From Salinispira sp. (GTDB lineage: Bacteria; Spirochaetota; Spirochaetia; DSM-27196; Salinispiraceae): DNA of 64,000 bases. Of the stretch, positions 60,447 to 64,000 are shown piece by piece. The first letter of the stretch is position 1. Every line of letters begins with the position of its first letter. The DNA lies in NCBI GenBank assembly GCA_965602015.1, contig OZ271918.1:1504001-1568000 (forward strand). Reading direction: 5' to 3'. A model generated the notes under the pieces. It saw only the letters and a list, made by a program, of their open reading frames with translations. It was not told the DNA's origin and ran no database searches. The translations under genes were made by a program, and so were the position numbers.

Positions 60447-62286
60447 CGGGAAGGCGGATATACAGCGCCTCGAAACTATCGCCCAGAGAAAGCCGCCGAC
60501 TGAGCCATTGGGAAAATCCGCGAAGACGAGTGCCTAAAAGCCCGGGGAACCGCTCGCCGTGATGACCGGTGGATTCCCACTCCCTCAGCATAAAACCGTG
60601 GAGATTTCCCACCCGCAACGCCTGGTCCGGGTGCCAGATTGTATAGTGATCCGCCGGTCCGTCAAACAGGAACCCGGTGAGGTTACGCCTACCGCTTATG
60701 CCCATGCTGTTGGGCGTGGCGATGGCGAACACACCGCCGGGCTTGAGTATCCGGTGAATCCAGGAAAGGATGGCAGTTAATTCGGGGAAGTGCTCAATGA
60801 CGTACCACATGGTAACGACATCGTAAGCCCCTTTGCCGTAACCCGAACGGAAAGCCGCATCGGCAATGTCGCCGGCAAACGCTTCGTGGCCCAGCATGTT
60901 GACCACATGGCTCACCGCATCGGGGCTGATGTCTATTCCCTCGGCCTTAAAGCCCCGCTCGGCGGCTGCTGCCAGGAAAGGACCAAAGGCGCAGCCGATA
61001 TCCAGAAGACGCGGCGTATAGTTTTCCGAGGGCAGATCAAGATGCTCGGTAATTTTATCCATTCGGCGTCGGCCCATATTAAAAATATAATCAAAATCAT
61101 CGAGATAGCTTCGACCGTATTGGCTTTTGTACTGTTCAAAAAAATACTTTTTATCGTAGCTGATATCATCGGAGAATACCCGAAGCTGAAACGCGGTGCG
61201 GCATACCCCGCAGCGAAAATAGCTGCGCTCCTCGTTCCGGCAGATAAGCCGAATTGAATCGGACTCCCCGCAGCATGGACATGCGTGTTTTCCCTGTGGA
61301 GTGATTTTTTTTATCAGATCGGAAAGCGAGGCTTCGGGAATCGCCCGAACCCGCTCTGTCTGGGCGACCAGGCGTGTGACCATATCCTCAAGCGCCTGGG
61401 GGCCCAGGGCGTATACCATGCTCTCGGGAGGCAGTGACAGAAATCCCGAGAGACGGGCCAGTTCCCCGTGATAAAACGAGGCGTCGATGACCAGGGTTTT
61501 TACCCCGGCGTACTGAGCTTCCCAGGCTGACAGCCCGTAAGCCCCGATAAACAGATCATAATCCGCAAAGGAATCCCTGAGACCGGGACGGTACTCCCGG
61601 TACGACCAGCCGGACGGCAGGGCTTTTCGCTCGCCGTCAAAACCAGGGGGGAGAACAACATCTCCTTGGGCATTGGGCAGAATTTCTGAGTCCGCCAGTG
61701 CGGCAATAAAAGCGGAACTCAACCCCGCCGGATCGCTTGCCCCGAAACTCACCAACACCCGCTCCAGACGGGAGTCCGGCTCTTTAACCCTGGCGGGCCG
61801 GGGCAGCAGACCGGGGTGGTAGACATTCGGGCGCTGCCAACTGCTGCTCATCCGGCCTTCCAGCCCCAGTATGCGGGTGAGGCTTTTGGTCGATTGATTC
61901 TCTGCCGCCGCGGCTTTTTTTTCGGGGTCAAAATACCGCTGATGCAAATGATTTCCGGGATACGGGAGGGTATCGACCAGGTAGCTCGCCATTTCCCGGG
62001 AACTTCCCCCCAGATCGACGGCCATAACCGGGGCAACCCCCAAGAGAGCGCGCATGGAATCGGGGTCATGGACCGGGGCATCCAGGACAATCAGCGACGG
62101 CGTCCCGATTTCTTCAGTCAGCCGCTCAACAGGATCAGAAGCGCTCAGTTCTCTAAAGCGCGGTCGTTCTGCGGACGGAACATAAAGATAGGAGTTGCTG
62201 AGGGATCGGTGTACATGAAGCATGCGCTGGAAATGACCGCCACCGTCCTGCGGGCGCAGCGATGGTTTGAGAAGAATGTGATTCAT
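60436..62286 (-). CDS. PseG/SpsG-like GT-B domain fused to a Zn-ribbon and class I SAM methyltransferase
   Basis: GGGHFQR, VSFGASDP, GAYGLSAWE; CPCC/CGVC; LLDIGCAFG, VIEH, LKPGG. Confidence 0.75.
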   Translation of the reverse strand: MNHILLKPSLRPQDGGGHFQRMLHVHRSLSNSYLYVPSAERPRFRELSASDPVERLTEEIGTPSLIVLDAPVHDPDSMRALLGVAPVMAVDLGGSSREMASYLVDTLPYPGNHLHQRYFDPEKKAAAAENQSTKSLTRILGLEGRMSSSWQRPNVYHPGLLPRPARVKEPDSRLERVLVSFGASDPAGLSSAFIAALADSEILPNAQGDVVLPPGFDGERKALPSGWSYREYRPGLRDSFADYDLFIGAYGLSAWEAQYAGVKTLVIDASFYHGELARLSGFLSLPPESMVYALGPQALEDMVTRLVAQTERVRAIPEASLSDLIKKITPQGKHACPCCGESDSIRLICRNEERSYFRCGVCRTAFQLRVFSDDISYDKKYFFEQYKSQYGRSYLDDFDYIFNMGRRRMDKITEHLDLPSENYTPRLLDIGCAFGPFLAAAAERGFKAEGIDISPDAVSHVVNMLGHEAFAGDIADAAFRSGYGKGAYDVVTMWYVIEHFPELTAILSWIHRILKPGGVFAIATPNSMGISGRRNLTGFLFDGPADHYTIWHPDQALRVGNLHGFMLREWESTGHHGERFPGLLGTRLRGFSQWLSRRLSLGDSFEALYIRLPGDE

Positions 62287-62329
62287 GAGCTGTCCCCTGG
62301 AAATAGGCTGTTGAGCTGCGATTTGCAGT

Positions 62330-63016
62330 TCAGACTGCGACAGAATACATGCTTTTTATTATCTCGGAAAGACCGGGGTTTTTCCCGAGCCCGTAGAGGC
62401 TGTACAGCGATTTCAGAAACCGGTAATCCTCTTCGGTATCGAGGGTGAGGCGAAGGTCAGCCTGCCTGTATGCCTCCGGCGCCTCCTCCCGGTGAATGCG
62501 GAAGCGCTCGCCGTGATTGTACAGGTAGGGGCACACATGTTCATGGTCATAGGGATCCATCGAATCCGCCAGGGCCTGTTCCAAGGCCGCGGATTGTATG
62601 ACTTCCACTCCGGTTCCGTATGGCATTCCGGTCTGGGCCGCATAGTCCCAGCCCTCCCGGCGCTGCCGGGCCAGGATCATATTTGCGAGATCGTGGCTCA
62701 CCAGCGGATTATCCGCCGTAGCCCGTACAATGGTATTAACGGCAAAATGACGGGCGGCGAAGACGAATCGGGCCAGAACGTCCTGTGCCGGTCCTTCAAA
62801 ACATTCCCAGCCCGGATGCCGCCGGCAAATATGGGAAAGCACCGGGTAGCTGTATTTGTCAGTCAGGACCACAAAATAGTCACAATGAACCTTCGATAGG
62901 CGGATCATACATTGTTCGAGTACCGTGGTCCCGCCCAGGTCGAGCAGAATTTTGTGAGGAAGGCGCTGAGAGCCGAGTCTGGCCTGGAGAAAAACTGCGC
63001 TGCTGTCGTTGGTCAT
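62330..63016 (-). CDS. SpsF/PseF-like cytidylyltransferase (CMP-nonulosonate synthetase family)
   Basis: QARLGSQRLPHKIL, DVLARF, RATADNP, EHV.PY, RLTLDT.ED. Confidence 0.88.
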   Translation of the reverse strand: MTNDSSAVFLQARLGSQRLPHKILLDLGGTTVLEQCMIRLSKVHCDYFVVLTDKYSYPVLSHICRRHPGWECFEGPAQDVLARFVFAARHFAVNTIVRATADNPLVSHDLANMILARQRREGWDYAAQTGMPYGTGVEVIQSAALEQALADSMDPYDHEHVCPYLYNHGERFRIHREEAPEAYRQADLRLTLDTEEDYRFLKSLYSLYGLGKNPGLSEIIKSMYSVAV

Positions 63017-63993
63017 TGCTCCCCCCAGAGTTCCACCAGCTGCCTTACGTCGAAGCGGTAGTGATATCGGTGTTTATGCACCCAGCGGCGCTGCATGGAA
63101 AAGCGCTCCCAGGCTTTGAGCAGGCCGACGGTTCCCGCCCGGTAAAAATGCCAGAATCGCTTTACCGGAAGGGTGGCTTTGTCGCCGGTATAGCGGATTG
63201 CCATGATGCGAAGATAAAACTTCAGGTAGTCCTCATCAGGTGTGCTGATTTCCACAGCCGGGTCGTTGAGGTAATCGACCCGCAGGCCATTGAGATACAA
63301 AATTTTTTCGCCCCAGAGCCGGCTTCGAAACCCGAATTCGAGCCGCTGCCAATAGCTGTTTCGAAAGCTCTCATCATAGCCTCCGACACGCAAAAACCGC
63401 TCCTTGATGTACAGGGCCATATTGTCCGAAGGAAAAAGACTCTCCTGCTCCCTGCCGTCGGGGATGACGGGAATCGGCTCGACCGGCCGGTCAGGATCAT
63501 TTCCCGGCGATTTTGCGGGAATAAACAGGCTCGGCAGCACACTGGCTCCGGGCTTGCGCAGCATAGGTGCGTAACACAGCACGTCGCTGGATATCTGCCG
63601 AAGACTCGCATCGCTCAGGCTGGGACGGGAATCCCCCCACACCGTCAGCACTGCTTCGCCCCGGGCCTCCCGAATCCCCAGATTTATAAGAGTTCCGGCG
63701 CTCCCGCCTGTTGAGAAGAATCCCGGATCAAAGAGAAACAAGCGAATATTGGGGTGGTCGGCGACAAGCTCCTCGTATCGCAGGGCGTTGTCCCGGGGAA
63801 GCATGATAATAGTATCGAAGTAGTTCAGAGACGCCAGATCCTGAATATCCTCCCGGCGCTGATACTTCCGTCCGCGGATGATGCTCAACAGGGAGATGGC
63901 TCCGGTTCCCTTCTGAAGAGACGGCTGAGGCCCTCGTCCAAGAACCGTAAAATCTACTGAAGCGTTAGAAGTTGAAGCTGTACCATTCATCAC
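63013..63993 (-). CDS. Glycosyltransferase family 2-like protein (degenerate)
   Basis: INLGIREARGE and F.RVGGYDESF...LEFGFR motifs typical of GT2 C-terminal halves; no clear DxD. Confidence 0.6.
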   Translation of the reverse strand: MMNGTASTSNASVDFTVLGRGPQPSLQKGTGAISLLSIIRGRKYQRREDIQDLASLNYFDTIIMLPRDNALRYEELVADHPNIRLFLFDPGFFSTGGSAGTLINLGIREARGEAVLTVWGDSRPSLSDASLRQISSDVLCYAPMLRKPGASVLPSLFIPAKSPGNDPDRPVEPIPVIPDGREQESLFPSDNMALYIKERFLRVGGYDESFRNSYWQRLEFGFRSRLWGEKILYLNGLRVDYLNDPAVEISTPDEDYLKFYLRIMAIRYTGDKATLPVKRFWHFYRAGTVGLLKAWERFSMQRRWVHKHRYHYRFDVRQLVELWGEQ

Positions 63994-64000
63994 ATTTCAC

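Overview
Gene-dense core-chromosome segment of a free-living spirochaete (Spirochaetaceae-like), with most genes on the minus strand. The lineage call rests on flaA, cheX, a CheW-CheR fusion, the E-DUF2764-A-B-D-I-K V-type ATPase order, a TP0733-like barrel and an LptD-like protein. About 55 CDS and one tRNA-Val(GAC) are present. They cover envelope and quality-control genes (htrA, surA-like, J-domain protein, map, nusB, secG), gap-pgk-tpiA, phoH-ybeY-tlyC, lptD, uvrA, a V-type ATPase operon with a Na+ signature, mutS2-rsgA-murI, yggS/pdxST, ilvBN, cheA-W-X-Y, flaA and an amidase. A nonulosonate-type glycosylation cluster (GT2-like, SpsF, PseG-methyltransferase fusion, ATP-grasp ligase) closes the window. 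I found no mobile element, CRISPR array or defence island. The best leads are: (1) at least seven operon-leading genes with a -10 box 6-7 nt before an SD-less ATG, suggesting widespread leaderless mRNAs; (2) a candidate flagellar-glycan tailoring pathway next to flaA; (3) a two-state hairpin over the RBS of a phosphoribosyltransferase; (4) an Ile/Thr-rich uORF overlapping ilvB; (5) a terminator splitting pdxS from pdxT; (6) a 1698-aa secreted Ig-repeat/beta-helix protein. All calls come from reading motifs by eye; no searches were run.
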